64,000 nucleotides of DNA from Chthoniobacteraceae bacterium (GTDB taxonomy: Bacteria; Verrucomicrobiota; Verrucomicrobiia; Chthoniobacterales; Chthoniobacteraceae), in the NCBI GenBank assembly GCA_031409655.1, contig JANNXQ010000105.1, positions 1 through 64,000 of the forward strand, given 5' to 3'. Numbering within the stretch: the first letter of the stretch is position 1; each line of letters starts with the position of its first letter. Positions 37,176 to 47,000 of this stretch are shown piece by piece. The translations under genes were made by a program, and so were the position numbers. The notes beneath the pieces are model-generated. The model was not told where the DNA came from and did not search any database. It saw only the letters and a list, made by a program, of their open reading frames with translations.

Positions 37176-37514
37176 ATGGACACAAAACCGGCCACTGAAC
37201 GTGCGGAGGAATATCTCCGCGAAACTGGGAACTACGTGCGGGAAAACCCCGTCCCGCTTTTGCTCGGGGCCATCGCCGTCGGCTTTTTCCTCGGCCTCGC
37301 CGCGCGCCACCTCGAGCGCGAGCGCAAACATGAACCCCTCCACGACGCGCTGGATGAGATCCGCGGCTTCCTCAAGCCCCTCGCCAAGAAAGCCCGCCTC
37401 GCCGCGGAGCATTCCGCCGAGATCGTCCGCGATGCAACCGGTCGGGTGCGCGGTCTGGATGTGGAAGATTACGCGGCACCGGTCAGTGGCTGGTGGCGGA
37501 AGCTCTGGGGTTAG
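37176..37514 (+). CDS. Small membrane protein (ElaB/DUF883-like)
   Basis: YVRENPVPLLLGAIAVGFFLG. Confidence 0.65.
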   Translation: MDTKPATERAEEYLRETGNYVRENPVPLLLGAIAVGFFLGLAARHLERERKHEPLHDALDEIRGFLKPLAKKARLAAEHSAEIVRDATGRVRGLDVEDYAAPVSGWWRKLWG

Positions 37515-37528
37515 TCAGTGCCGCCGAG

Positions 37529-38011
37529 TTAGGCGTCCTTGCGCTGGAAGAGGGCCTGCACGTCGGTGGCGTCCATGTCGCTGAGGTCGAGGCCAAGGGC
37601 GCCAGTGCGCGCGGCGGCGATTTGGATGCGGTCGTGCAAGGTCCGGGCGGCGGGGGTGGCGAAGTATTTCAGCGAGCCCACCGTGACGTGCGTGGGGAAG
37701 ACGAGGACGAGGAGCGAGTTCTCATCCACGTTGATCATCAGCGTGGAGAAGTTTTCTCCCTGTTGATACATGCTGGTGAAGTTCGATTCGTTGACCAGGG
37801 AGGCCATAAACTGCACGGCGTTGTAAGCGTTTGAGCCGAGGGTGGCGAAGGTGGTGGTATCGACCTGCGACGTGTCGCCGGCCTGCTGGATCAGATAGCC
37901 GGCCTTCTCCACGAGGAGCGCGAGGCTGGCTTCGCTGCGCTCGAGGAGTTCCCGGAGCACGGTATCGACGTGATCCACGTCTTCCTGAGTAAGTTGAGGA
38001 AACTGGCCCAT
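37529..38011 (-). CDS. mglB: MglB-type roadblock/LC7 protein
   Basis: ALLVEKAGYLI, VNESNFTSMYQQGE, LVLVF; directly downstream of mglA. Confidence 0.88.
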   Translation of the reverse strand: MGQFPQLTQEDVDHVDTVLRELLERSEASLALLVEKAGYLIQQAGDTSQVDTTTFATLGSNAYNAVQFMASLVNESNFTSMYQQGENFSTLMINVDENSLLVLVFPTHVTVGSLKYFATPAARTLHDRIQIAAARTGALGLDLSDMDATDVQALFQRKDA

Positions 38012-38023
38012 GGAGGGTCTGGG

Positions 38024-38635
38024 TTACTTCCGAACGCCGTCGTTGAGAAATTTGTTGAGCAGCATGCGGGTGATCATATTGAGCGACTCAAAGACCCCCT
38101 CCGTTTTACTGGCGGATGCCTCGAAGGAGGGCATCTGCACTTCCCGGTTATTGAGGACGAAGTCAAGATACTCGACGGGTGCTGCATCCGGCAGATCCCG
38201 TTTGTTATACTGCATGACGCACGGGATGTCTTCGATACTGAGGTTCAGCGTCTTGAGGTTATCCTCGAGATGCTTAAAGGTCTCGATGTTCTCTTCCATC
38301 TTGTCGTATTGGCTGTCCGCCACGAAGACGATGCCATCGACGCCGCGAAGCACGATCTGGCGGGTGGCATTGTAGATGACCTGCCCGGGCACGGTGAAGA
38401 GCGCGAACTTGGTCTTAAAGCCTTTGATGGCGACGGCCTCGAGCGGGAAGAAGTCGAAGAAAAGAGTGCGGTCGCTCGAGGTGGCGAGGGACGTGAGCTT
38501 CCCTTTGGCATCCTGGTTGGGCACTTGCACATTGGCATGGATTTGCTCCAGGTTGGTGGTCTTGCCACTCTTCGCGGGACCGTAATAGACGATCTTAACC
38601 TGAAGTTCCTTCGTTGCTTGGTTGATAATTGCCAT
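38024..38635 (-). CDS. mglA: MglA small Ras-like GTPase
   Basis: KIVYYGPAKSGKTTNL, DRTLFFDF, TVPGQ, NKRD, EASA. Confidence 0.95.
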   Translation of the reverse strand: MAIINQATKELQVKIVYYGPAKSGKTTNLEQIHANVQVPNQDAKGKLTSLATSSDRTLFFDFFPLEAVAIKGFKTKFALFTVPGQVIYNATRQIVLRGVDGIVFVADSQYDKMEENIETFKHLEDNLKTLNLSIEDIPCVMQYNKRDLPDAAPVEYLDFVLNNREVQMPSFEASASKTEGVFESLNMITRMLLNKFLNDGVRK

Positions 38636-38653
38636 GGGCGTGGGCGGGTTCGG

Positions 38654-40333
38654 TTACTTTTGGACTTGGCGGGAAAGTTCGGCGGCGACGAGTCGCAGCT
38701 CATTCCACGGGAGAGAGGCGCCGGGCTTTCCGAGCACGGCGAAATAGACGGTGCCGAGCCTGTAAATGAGGCAATGCGCGCCGCGGGTGGTGAAAAGAAG
38801 GTCATCGACTTCGCCGAGTTTCATCTCGCCGGCGTATTGATTGAGGCGGCCGAAGATCTGCGGGAGGAAGGCGGAGATGGTCTCGGCATTCACGCCGTCG
38901 GGGAGCTGGTGCGCGACCTGGAAGCCTTCCTGCAAGGCGACGACGGCACCGGCGACTCCGGGGAGACCGACGACGCGGGCAATGAGTTCGGCTGGCGTCC
39001 AGGAATCCTTGTCTGGCTCGCCAAAGGCAGCGCCGACAGCGGACTTCGGAGGCGCGGCGGGAGTTTCGGAAACTGGGGCTTCTGCCACGGGATCGGAGGC
39101 CGGTTCGGGGAGGGCTGCTTCTTCCGCTGGGGTCTCTGCGGGAGCCTCGATCACTGGCGCAAGCGCGAGCGGAGCTTCGGCAGCGGGTGCTTCTACGACC
39201 GCCGCTTCAGGAGCTTCAGGAGTTGCGGGTGCGAGAGGTGCGACTGGCTCAGGCTCGGACTTTCGAGCGTTGAAGAGCGCCGGAATGCTTTCGTCAACGA
39301 GCGCGGACTTGCGGCCCGTCGTGGGGCGCTTCGTCTGCGCCAGGAACGCGGGGGCGATGACTTTCAGCGGCAGGACGATTTCCGTTGTTGGATCGACGGC
39401 GGACGTTCCCGCGATGGCCGGCGTGAGCCACGCCCGGATTTGTCCCCAGGTGAAAGCGATCTTCCCGCGAGCCATCCCACCATTGAGTTCGGACGTGGGG
39501 AGAGACACCGTGGTTTGCGGATCGAGATCTTTGAGTTCGGCGACGATGGCTTCCGGCCATTTCGCGGAGACCGTGTTCACCGGGAGAACGAGTGCGGTGC
39601 CCGGTGCGACAGGCGCGGTGGGTGCGACGACTTCCGCGGGCTTGCTCTCGGGTGCGGGGGCTGGGGTGGCCTTCGCGATCGCGGGCTTCTGGGGTTCCCG
39701 CTTGGCGGCGGACTGCTTGAAGTCAGTCGGCGGCGCGACGATCCGCATCGCCGAGGGCGCAGCCTCGGGCTGCTCCAGCGGTGCCATATCGGCTGTGGGG
39801 TCGATCTCCAAAACCTCGGCGGGCTTCGGCTTCTGGGCGGCGTTGGGAGTCGAAGGTGGCGGTGCGTTGCGGGAATTAAAGACGGCGAGATCTTCGGGCG
39901 GTGTCTCCACAGAGCGTTGATCAGTGCGACGCTTGAAGGACTTTGGCTTGACGTGTTTGAAAACTTCCGCGAGCGGCACCTCGACCATCCGCTTATCCCC
40001 GGTGGGGAGCGGCTTGAACATCCCAGCGGGCGCCTGGCGATGCAGTGAGGCGAGCGACATCCGCACGACGCCGTTGGCGAGTTGCTTGACGATCGTCTGG
40101 ATCGGCAGCACCACCGTCGCCGAGGGAGCGGGCTCCTTGAGGATGAGGGCCCGAAGATCCTCGGGAAGTCGCGCCACGATGGCTGGCAGCGAGAGTTTCG
40201 CGACTTCGACTTTGTTCATCTGGATCGCGGACTCGTACTGAGCCTGCGGGATCGGGGGCGGCTCGACTGCGGCCAGTGCGTTGTCTTTCTTGGGAGGTGC
40301 CTTGCCGAAGAGTTTCTTAAAGATGGTGAGCAT
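38654..40333 (-). CDS. Multidomain protein: two copies of an unknown domain, Pro/Ala linkers, C-terminal roadblock domain
   Basis: C-terminus LPGVAGAVVALQEGFQVA...MKLGEVDDL; internal duplication visible. Confidence 0.75.
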   Translation of the reverse strand: MLTIFKKLFGKAPPKKDNALAAVEPPPIPQAQYESAIQMNKVEVAKLSLPAIVARLPEDLRALILKEPAPSATVVLPIQTIVKQLANGVVRMSLASLHRQAPAGMFKPLPTGDKRMVEVPLAEVFKHVKPKSFKRRTDQRSVETPPEDLAVFNSRNAPPPSTPNAAQKPKPAEVLEIDPTADMAPLEQPEAAPSAMRIVAPPTDFKQSAAKREPQKPAIAKATPAPAPESKPAEVVAPTAPVAPGTALVLPVNTVSAKWPEAIVAELKDLDPQTTVSLPTSELNGGMARGKIAFTWGQIRAWLTPAIAGTSAVDPTTEIVLPLKVIAPAFLAQTKRPTTGRKSALVDESIPALFNARKSEPEPVAPLAPATPEAPEAAVVEAPAAEAPLALAPVIEAPAETPAEEAALPEPASDPVAEAPVSETPAAPPKSAVGAAFGEPDKDSWTPAELIARVVGLPGVAGAVVALQEGFQVAHQLPDGVNAETISAFLPQIFGRLNQYAGEMKLGEVDDLLFTTRGAHCLIYRLGTVYFAVLGKPGASLPWNELRLVAAELSRQVQK

Positions 40334-40509
40334 GCGATCGCGGTTTCAGCGTTGTCGCTAGCAGGGTCAGTGCCACTCCTGCTTCCGTGGAAAAACTCCC
40401 GGCACTCAGCAGACGTGGCGTGTCTTGTGCTAATCTCACTGGCCCGCAAGGGGCCGCCGCAAAACGCGCCACCGCCCGCAAAGCCTTTCAGAATCAAGAA
40501 TCACAGCCC

Positions 40510-41565
40510 ATGCCAGCCCGCCACAAGATCCTGATCCTCGACGATGAACATGACATCCTCGAGATCTATCAAGAGATCCTCGCCCGCATTCCGAGCCAGC
40601 CGGAGATTCACACGGCGGACTCCGGGCCGCGGGCGCTGGCGCTCCTCGAAAGTGAGACTTTCAATCTGCTCCTCGTCGATCTGCGCATGCCGACGATGGA
40701 TGGCTTCCAAGTGCTGACCATCGTGCGCCGCCGCTTCCCGACGCTGCGGGTGGTGGTGATGACCTCGGCGCAGGATGAGCAATTCCGGGCCCGCGCTTAT
40801 GCCATGGGCATCGACCTCTATCTGGAGAAGCCGAAGACCGGAAAGGAGATCATCAACTTTGTCGATTGCATCGAGTCGATGCTCGAGCGCGAAGATGGGG
40901 GTGGCTTCCGCGGGGTGCAAAGCAAGACCCTCATGGACATCATCCAGCTTGAGTGTCTCACGCAGAGTTCCTCGATCTTGCGGATCGCGAGCGGTCCTGG
41001 GGAAGGGCGCATCTGGCTGACCAAGGGTGAGATCATCGACGCGGCGACGGGTGAGTTACTTGGGCGCGAAGCTTTCCTCGAGATGTTGCGTTGGAAGTCG
41101 GGGAGCTTTGAAATTCTGCCGAGTGATTCGCCGCGCCCGCGGACGATCTTTGTGAGTTACGAGAGTCTGCTCATGGAGACAGCGCAGACGATCGACGAGA
41201 CGAAGGTTGACGAGGTCGCGGTTGCGGATGTGGACCCCAGCTCGCTCGCGAATCTCTCCCGCTACAAGGGCGTGCAGTTCGTCGTCGCGGTGCAGGGCGG
41301 CGAACCCATGAAATTTGACCACTGGGCGGCGGAGAATCCGGAACGGATGGCCGCCTGGATTCAGCAAACGACGCGCGCCTTTCAGACCCTCGGGGATCGC
41401 CTGGAAGCGGGCCAGCTCGAAACCCTCGAAGCGCTCGGCGCGCAGCGTCATGTGGCGCTCGTCTGCGCCGATGAAAATGCGCTCGGCGTCGGCTTTACCC
41501 GCTCCGCCAGCCTCACCCACATCCGTGAAACCATGAAGCAGATCGAAGCCAAATGGGCGTGTTAA
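40510..41565 (+). CDS. Response regulator: REC + DUF4388/PATAN-like + putative roadblock-like C-terminus
   Basis: ILDDE, DLRMPTMDG, LEKP; FRG...LMDIIQL...GRIW..KGEIIDA...W.SGSF. Confidence 0.85.
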   Translation: MPARHKILILDDEHDILEIYQEILARIPSQPEIHTADSGPRALALLESETFNLLLVDLRMPTMDGFQVLTIVRRRFPTLRVVVMTSAQDEQFRARAYAMGIDLYLEKPKTGKEIINFVDCIESMLEREDGGGFRGVQSKTLMDIIQLECLTQSSSILRIASGPGEGRIWLTKGEIIDAATGELLGREAFLEMLRWKSGSFEILPSDSPRPRTIFVSYESLLMETAQTIDETKVDEVAVADVDPSSLANLSRYKGVQFVVAVQGGEPMKFDHWAAENPERMAAWIQQTTRAFQTLGDRLEAGQLETLEALGAQRHVALVCADENALGVGFTRSASLTHIRETMKQIEAKWAC

Positions 41566-42269
41566 AACCTCTCGCCCGCACTGTCAAACCGCACCGGATC
41601 GAGCGTCTGCCGAGCGGCTGTTTTACGCTGCATCGTGGCGGGATCATCGTGGCCTCCACGCTGCCTTCCACTTTTCCGCAACAGAAGATGCTGGAGATCG
41701 GGCGCGCCGTGCTCGCCGCGTTTAAGAGCGCGGAGGAGATCGAACTGCCGCTCACCGATCTGCACATTCACTTCAGCGGGATGCTCGTCACGGCGCGGGA
41801 GTTACGCGGCGGCACCCTCATTTTCATTCAGCCCGTCACGCTCCAGCTCCCATCCAGCCTCACTCCGCCCGCCATGCATCATAAGAACCTCGACGAATTC
41901 GTCCTGCACCTCGAAAACTACATTGAGTGCTGGAAGCAGTTTAATCACTACGTGGGCCTGGCCCGGGAAAAGAAACATACCAAGGACGACGAGGCCCAAT
42001 TTCTCGAAGTGAAGAGCATCATCGCGCAGGGGCTGGAGGCGATCTGCGCCTCGGTGGAAAAAGGCGGACCGCGCAAAGAGGAAGTGCATTCGCTCTTTGG
42101 CAATGCTCCTAGCTTGCGCCATCTCGCGGAGGTCGAGGAAGCCATGACGACCGTCGAGGGACAGTGGCACAAGGTCTATCTGACGCTGCAATCCTTGCTC
42201 GGCCAACTCAAGGTCCAGCAGAATAAGAACGAACGCGGGATCGGCTGGAGCTTATTCGGGAAGCGTTAG
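41553..42269 (+). CDS. Hypothetical protein: roadblock/profilin-like N-terminus and helical C-terminus
   Basis: GCFTLHRGGIIVASTLP...ARELRGGTLIF; overlaps the upstream gene by 13 bp. Confidence 0.65.
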   Translation: MGVLKPLARTVKPHRIERLPSGCFTLHRGGIIVASTLPSTFPQQKMLEIGRAVLAAFKSAEEIELPLTDLHIHFSGMLVTARELRGGTLIFIQPVTLQLPSSLTPPAMHHKNLDEFVLHLENYIECWKQFNHYVGLAREKKHTKDDEAQFLEVKSIIAQGLEAICASVEKGGPRKEEVHSLFGNAPSLRHLAEVEEAMTTVEGQWHKVYLTLQSLLGQLKVQQNKNERGIGWSLFGKR

Positions 42270-42294
42270 CGACGGAGGCCGCGCTCCAGGGCAC

Positions 42295-42534
42295 TCAGTG
42301 GCAGCCGCAGCCGGTGCCGCAGGAGCCACCGCTGCTTTTCATCTGTCGCTGCATGTCGGCGTGCTTCGGCGGATGGCCTTTGCCCATGTAGCCGAGGCCG
42401 CCGGTGATCACGCGCCGGATGGGTTCGCCGGTTTCCGGATGTTTTGTGAGAGCCGCGTCTTTCATGCTCTGCCGGAACTCAAAGCTGCGCTTGGGCTTCT
42501 TGGCGTCGGTGGTTTCGTAGAGGTAGGTGGCCAT
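42295..42534 (-). CDS. FmdB-family zinc-ribbon-like small protein
   Basis: MATYLYE...FEFRQSMKD..LTKHPETGEPIRRVI; C-terminal CGTGCGCH. Confidence 0.75.
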   Translation of the reverse strand: MATYLYETTDAKKPKRSFEFRQSMKDAALTKHPETGEPIRRVITGGLGYMGKGHPPKHADMQRQMKSSGGSCGTGCGCH

Positions 42535-42658
42535 GGGATCAGGGATGAGAAAGGGGGGCGAAAGGTGGATGCAAATTAGTAATGCCCACGGAACTCTCAA
42601 CGCTCAACTTTTCGCACCCGTTGACACCCCGTCCGCTCGCGGCTAGCTCAGGATTTCT

Positions 42659-43861
42659 ATGAATGCTCCGTCCCGCTGTGCCGCCCTCGTCCTCCTCGCA
42701 CTTTCCACGGCCTCCGCTGCGGACTGGCCGCACTATCGCGGGCCTTCGCTCAATGGCGTCACGGCAGAGAAACTCCCTGCCTCGATCCCTGCCGAGCCGA
42801 AGCAGCTCTGGAAGCAGTCGCTCGGCACCGGCGTCTCCGCGGCGACGGTCGTCGGGGAGCGCGTCTATACGATGGGCAATGTGCGGGACAAGGACGTCAT
42901 CTATTGTCTCGAAGCAGCGACCGGGAAGGAGATCTGGAAGCACACTTTCGCGCTGCCGGTGGATGCGAAAAACTTTGAGGGCGGCCCCCGCTCCACGCCG
43001 ACGGTGGACGCCGGGAAGGTCTATACTTTGAGCCACTCCGGCGATGTCTGGTGCCTGGACGCGGGCTCGGGGAGAGCGCTCTGGAACAAGCACCTGATGC
43101 AGGATTTCAAGGGCCGCCGACCGAGTTGGGGCTACGCCGGTTCACCGACGATCGAGGGCGGGCTCGTGCTTTTCGACGCGGGCGGGAGCGGCGGCTCGAC
43201 GATCGCCCTGAACAAAGCCACCGGCGCGCTCGCCTGGCAATCTGGCGGGCAGGAGGGCGGCTACGGCAGCGTGGTCGTCGGGATGCTGGATGGCCGCCGG
43301 ACGGCTGTCGTCTTCAAGGCGCAGGAGACCGTGGGCCTCGATGTGAAGGACGGCCGCGGGCTCTGGTCCGCGCCCTGGAAGACTTCCTACGACGTGAACG
43401 CCAGCACCCCGCTGATCCTCGGTCAGCAGGTCCTCGTGACTTCCGGCTACGGCACTGGCGCGACGCTCCTGGAGATCTCCGGCGGGAAAGTGACGACGAA
43501 GTGGAAGACGAAGAATCTGCGCGGGCAGTTCAATAGCCCGGTGGTCTGGCAGGGCCACGTCTTCGGGATCGACGGCAACGACGGCCCGCGCGGAGCCCTC
43601 GTCTGTCTGGAGCTTTCCTCCGGCGACTTAAAGTGGAAGGAGCCAATCGGCGGCGGCGCGCTGATCTGTGCGGACGGGAAGCTCATCGTCTTGAACGAAA
43701 AAGGGGAGGTGATCGTCGCTGCGGCCGCGGCCTCCGGCTACCGACAAATCGCCCGCTGGCAGGCGCTGGGTGGGCATTGCTGGGTGCAGCCAGTCTTCGC
43801 GGGTGGCCGACTTTACTGCCGGAATAATGCCGGGGACATGGTCTGCTTTGAGATGAAGTGA
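42659..43861 (+). CDS. Secreted PQQ-like beta-propeller protein
   Basis: ADWPHYRGP, GPRSTP, Trp-docking repeats. Confidence 0.88.
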   Translation: MNAPSRCAALVLLALSTASAADWPHYRGPSLNGVTAEKLPASIPAEPKQLWKQSLGTGVSAATVVGERVYTMGNVRDKDVIYCLEAATGKEIWKHTFALPVDAKNFEGGPRSTPTVDAGKVYTLSHSGDVWCLDAGSGRALWNKHLMQDFKGRRPSWGYAGSPTIEGGLVLFDAGGSGGSTIALNKATGALAWQSGGQEGGYGSVVVGMLDGRRTAVVFKAQETVGLDVKDGRGLWSAPWKTSYDVNASTPLILGQQVLVTSGYGTGATLLEISGGKVTTKWKTKNLRGQFNSPVVWQGHVFGIDGNDGPRGALVCLELSSGDLKWKEPIGGGALICADGKLIVLNEKGEVIVAAAAASGYRQIARWQALGGHCWVQPVFAGGRLYCRNNAGDMVCFEMK

Positions 43862-44069
43862 CCGAGCGGGGCGGGTTGCTGGTCTTCGTTTCGCACTCCG
43901 GGTGCGATTCCCGGCCAAGACACTGCCGGTGTCCTGTGCGATGGTTGCGATGGTTTAGCAGCCGTCCTTCCCCAGGCGGTCGCATCCAAGCCCCTCCGGA
44001 ATCGAGCATCGGAAACGACGTTCGCGACGGCGGGGCCGTCTGCCGAAATCGCCCGAAAATCCCCACTTC

Positions 44070-47000
44070 ATGCCTCGCAAGTTCACGCTCTTCGCCGCCG
44101 TTCTGGCCATTTCGACGCTCGCGGTGCTGCTCCAGCCAAAGCGGACGCCGAGCGCGCCGGCGCATCCGCTCCCCGAAGGCGCGCCGCTCGCGGTCGCTGC
44201 TCCCGAGCCCGTCCGCGTGGTGCCAGCCGCCGCGTCTCGGATCGCGGCCCAATTCCCGGTGGCGGTTCCCGCGAAAGCGGAGCCCTTCACCGAATGGACC
44301 GCGCGTTTTCTCACCACTCCAGCGCAGGATCGCCCGGCGCTCGTCGCCGAGGGCGTGCAGCGCGCGGCGGCCCGGCGCCCCGTCTTTAAGAAGCTCATCC
44401 AGGAAGATCCGCGCCGTGCGCTCGCCGAGGCCGTGCCGATGGTCGTGCGGCAGCAGCTTCCGGCGGAAATCCTCACGCAGCTCGAGCAGCGCGTGAATGG
44501 CGTCGGGGCCCTGCGGGTCTATCAAGGCGTGCCGGCGGAAGCGGCACCGACTCCAACGAAATCGCTGACCGTCCGCAAAGTGGAGATGCGTGATGGTGCG
44601 ACGTATCAGGCGCACGTCTATGGGCGGCGCGCGGAGACGGTCCTCTGGACGCCGGGCGCGTCGCTCAATGGCGTGGCGATCGATACGGAGTTTGCGGTCA
44701 ATGAGGATCCCTTCCGTCAGCTGGAAGTCGGCGAAAAGCCAGATGCTGCGAAGCCGATCGCCTCGCTGTGTCCGGTCTCGGGAAAGAATGCCGTGGACGC
44801 GGAGCACGCGAGCGAGCCGGTGGCGGAGACCACCCCGGCGATCGAGACCGCCACGGAGACGCTCTTTTTCTGCGATGGGTCGCACATCACTTTGTATAAA
44901 GGGACGCTGATCATGGCGGAGGGCGGCAGTGGCGGGGCTTTTGGGTACACGGGTATCCTGCCGGCGGTGCCGACGCCATCCATTGGCGTGGTGCGGGTGC
45001 TTTTCCTGCCCGTCACCTATCTCGACCAAAACGCAGTCCCTTGCACCGAGGCCAAGGGGTATCAACTCCTGCGCGACGTCAGTGATTTTTATGCGAAGTC
45101 CTCCTTCGGCAAGCTGACCCTCGTGCCGGTGGTGACGCCGCCGATCAAGCTCCCCCACACCGAGGCCTGGTACATCCAGCGCGACACCAGCAATGGCGGC
45201 GACATCGACGGCGAGGGCACGTCCCACAACCACGCGCGCACCGAGGCCCGGCGGATGGGCTTTGACGACGCCAACTACGATTGCGTGGTCATGCGGCACG
45301 AAGGTGGCCCCGGCGCGTATGGCGGACTCGGCGGTGGGAGCAGCGTCTGGGTGCGGGGCGACAGCGTGGCCACGCTGGCCCACGAGATCGGCCACTGCTT
45401 CGGTCTCGCGCACGCCAATTTCTGGGACACCGCGGGCACCAGCGCGATCGGCAATGGCACGAATGGCGAATACGGCGACCCCTACGACAACATGGGCAGC
45501 GGCGGCTTCCCCGCGGCGCAGTACAATGCTCAGGCCAAGAACCAAACCAAGTGGTTGCCAGACGCCTTCATTCAGCGCGTCACGCAGTCCGGCATGTATC
45601 GCATCTACGCCTTTGATCAGACCTCGCTCGATCCCTCGAACCGCTACGCGCTGACCATCGTGAAAGACGCGCAGCGCACCTACTGGGGCGAAGTGCGCTC
45701 GCTTTTCACCACGAACCCGTGGACGGAAAAGGGCCTGATCCTCGGCTGGCGCTTCCCGAGCGGCGGCGGCAACAACATCCAGCTCATCGACACCACGCCC
45801 GGCACCCCGGCAGGCAATAGCAGCAAGGAAGACGCGCCCATTTCCCTCGGCAGCACCTTCTCGGATTTCGAGAGCGGCATCCACATCACCACGGTGAATG
45901 TGAACGCGTCCCCGCGCTACGTGGAGGTCGTGGTTAATGTCGGAGATTTCCCCACGAACCAAGCGCCCACGCTGGCTCTCGCAGCTTCGACGGATGTCGT
46001 GCCTGTCGGCGGCACCGTGACTTTCACCGCCACGGCCAGCGATCCGGACAGCGATCCGCTGGCCTACGGCTGGCAGCATTTCGGGGATACGAATTACAAA
46101 GTCGTCGAGGCCAGCGGCCCGGTCATCACCCGCACCTTCACCGCCGCCGGAACCTATGTCGTCACTTGCACCGCCAGCGATATGAAGGGCGGCACCGCCA
46201 CGCGTTCGCGGCTCATCACGGTGGGCAGTGGGAACGGGCGTTTCACCATCAGCGGGCGCATCACGCAGCTCGGCCAGGGTCTGGCGGGCGTGACCGTGAA
46301 GGCGAACGGCGCCAACGGCGTCGTCACCGATAGCGACGGCTACTACGCGGTCCCGAATCTCACCGCGAATACCTACGTGCTGTCGCCGCTGCTTTACGGC
46401 TACGCGTTTGGCGAACTTTTTGAAAACAACGTGTCCGTCGGACCGAGCTTCACCGGCGCGAATTTTGTCGCCGCGGAGGACTCCGCGGTGACGATCGCCG
46501 CGTCCCTGCCGACGGCGAACGAACTCGCGCCCGTGACCGCGGGTCGCTTCACCTTCACCCGCACCGGCGACATCTCGCAGACGCTCTTGGTGAATGTGAA
46601 CACCGTGCAAGGCAGCGCGACGAAGACGACCGACTACACGCTCACGCCGGATTACGTCACGGCCAGTCAGGGCTTCAGCAGCTTCATGATTCCCGCGGAC
46701 TCCGCGACGCTCGATGTGGTCGTGACGCCGGTCGTGGACACCGCAGCGGAAGGCCCCGAGACCGTGACGCTCCAGGTCGGCCCCGGCATCGGCTACGTGA
46801 TCGGCGGTCAAGCCAGCGCGACCGTCACGATCGCGGATGACGACACCACTCTGCCCAAGGTCTCCGTCTCCTTCGCGCCCAGTTCCATCGGGGAAAACTC
46901 CGGTTCACTGGCGGTCCTCACTTTCAGCGCCGCCGCGCCCGTCGCCGCGAATCTCACGATCAACTACACGGTCACCGGCACCGCGAGTTCCGGCACGGAT

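Noticed and set aside
37970..40048. 692-aa plus-strand ORF over the Mgl operon
   Set aside because: Antisense shadow; the minus strand carries clear MglA and roadblock motifs.
44011..44041. GGAAAC...CGTC ECF-like promoter before the giant protease
   Set aside because: The 20-bp spacer is too long and there is only one instance.
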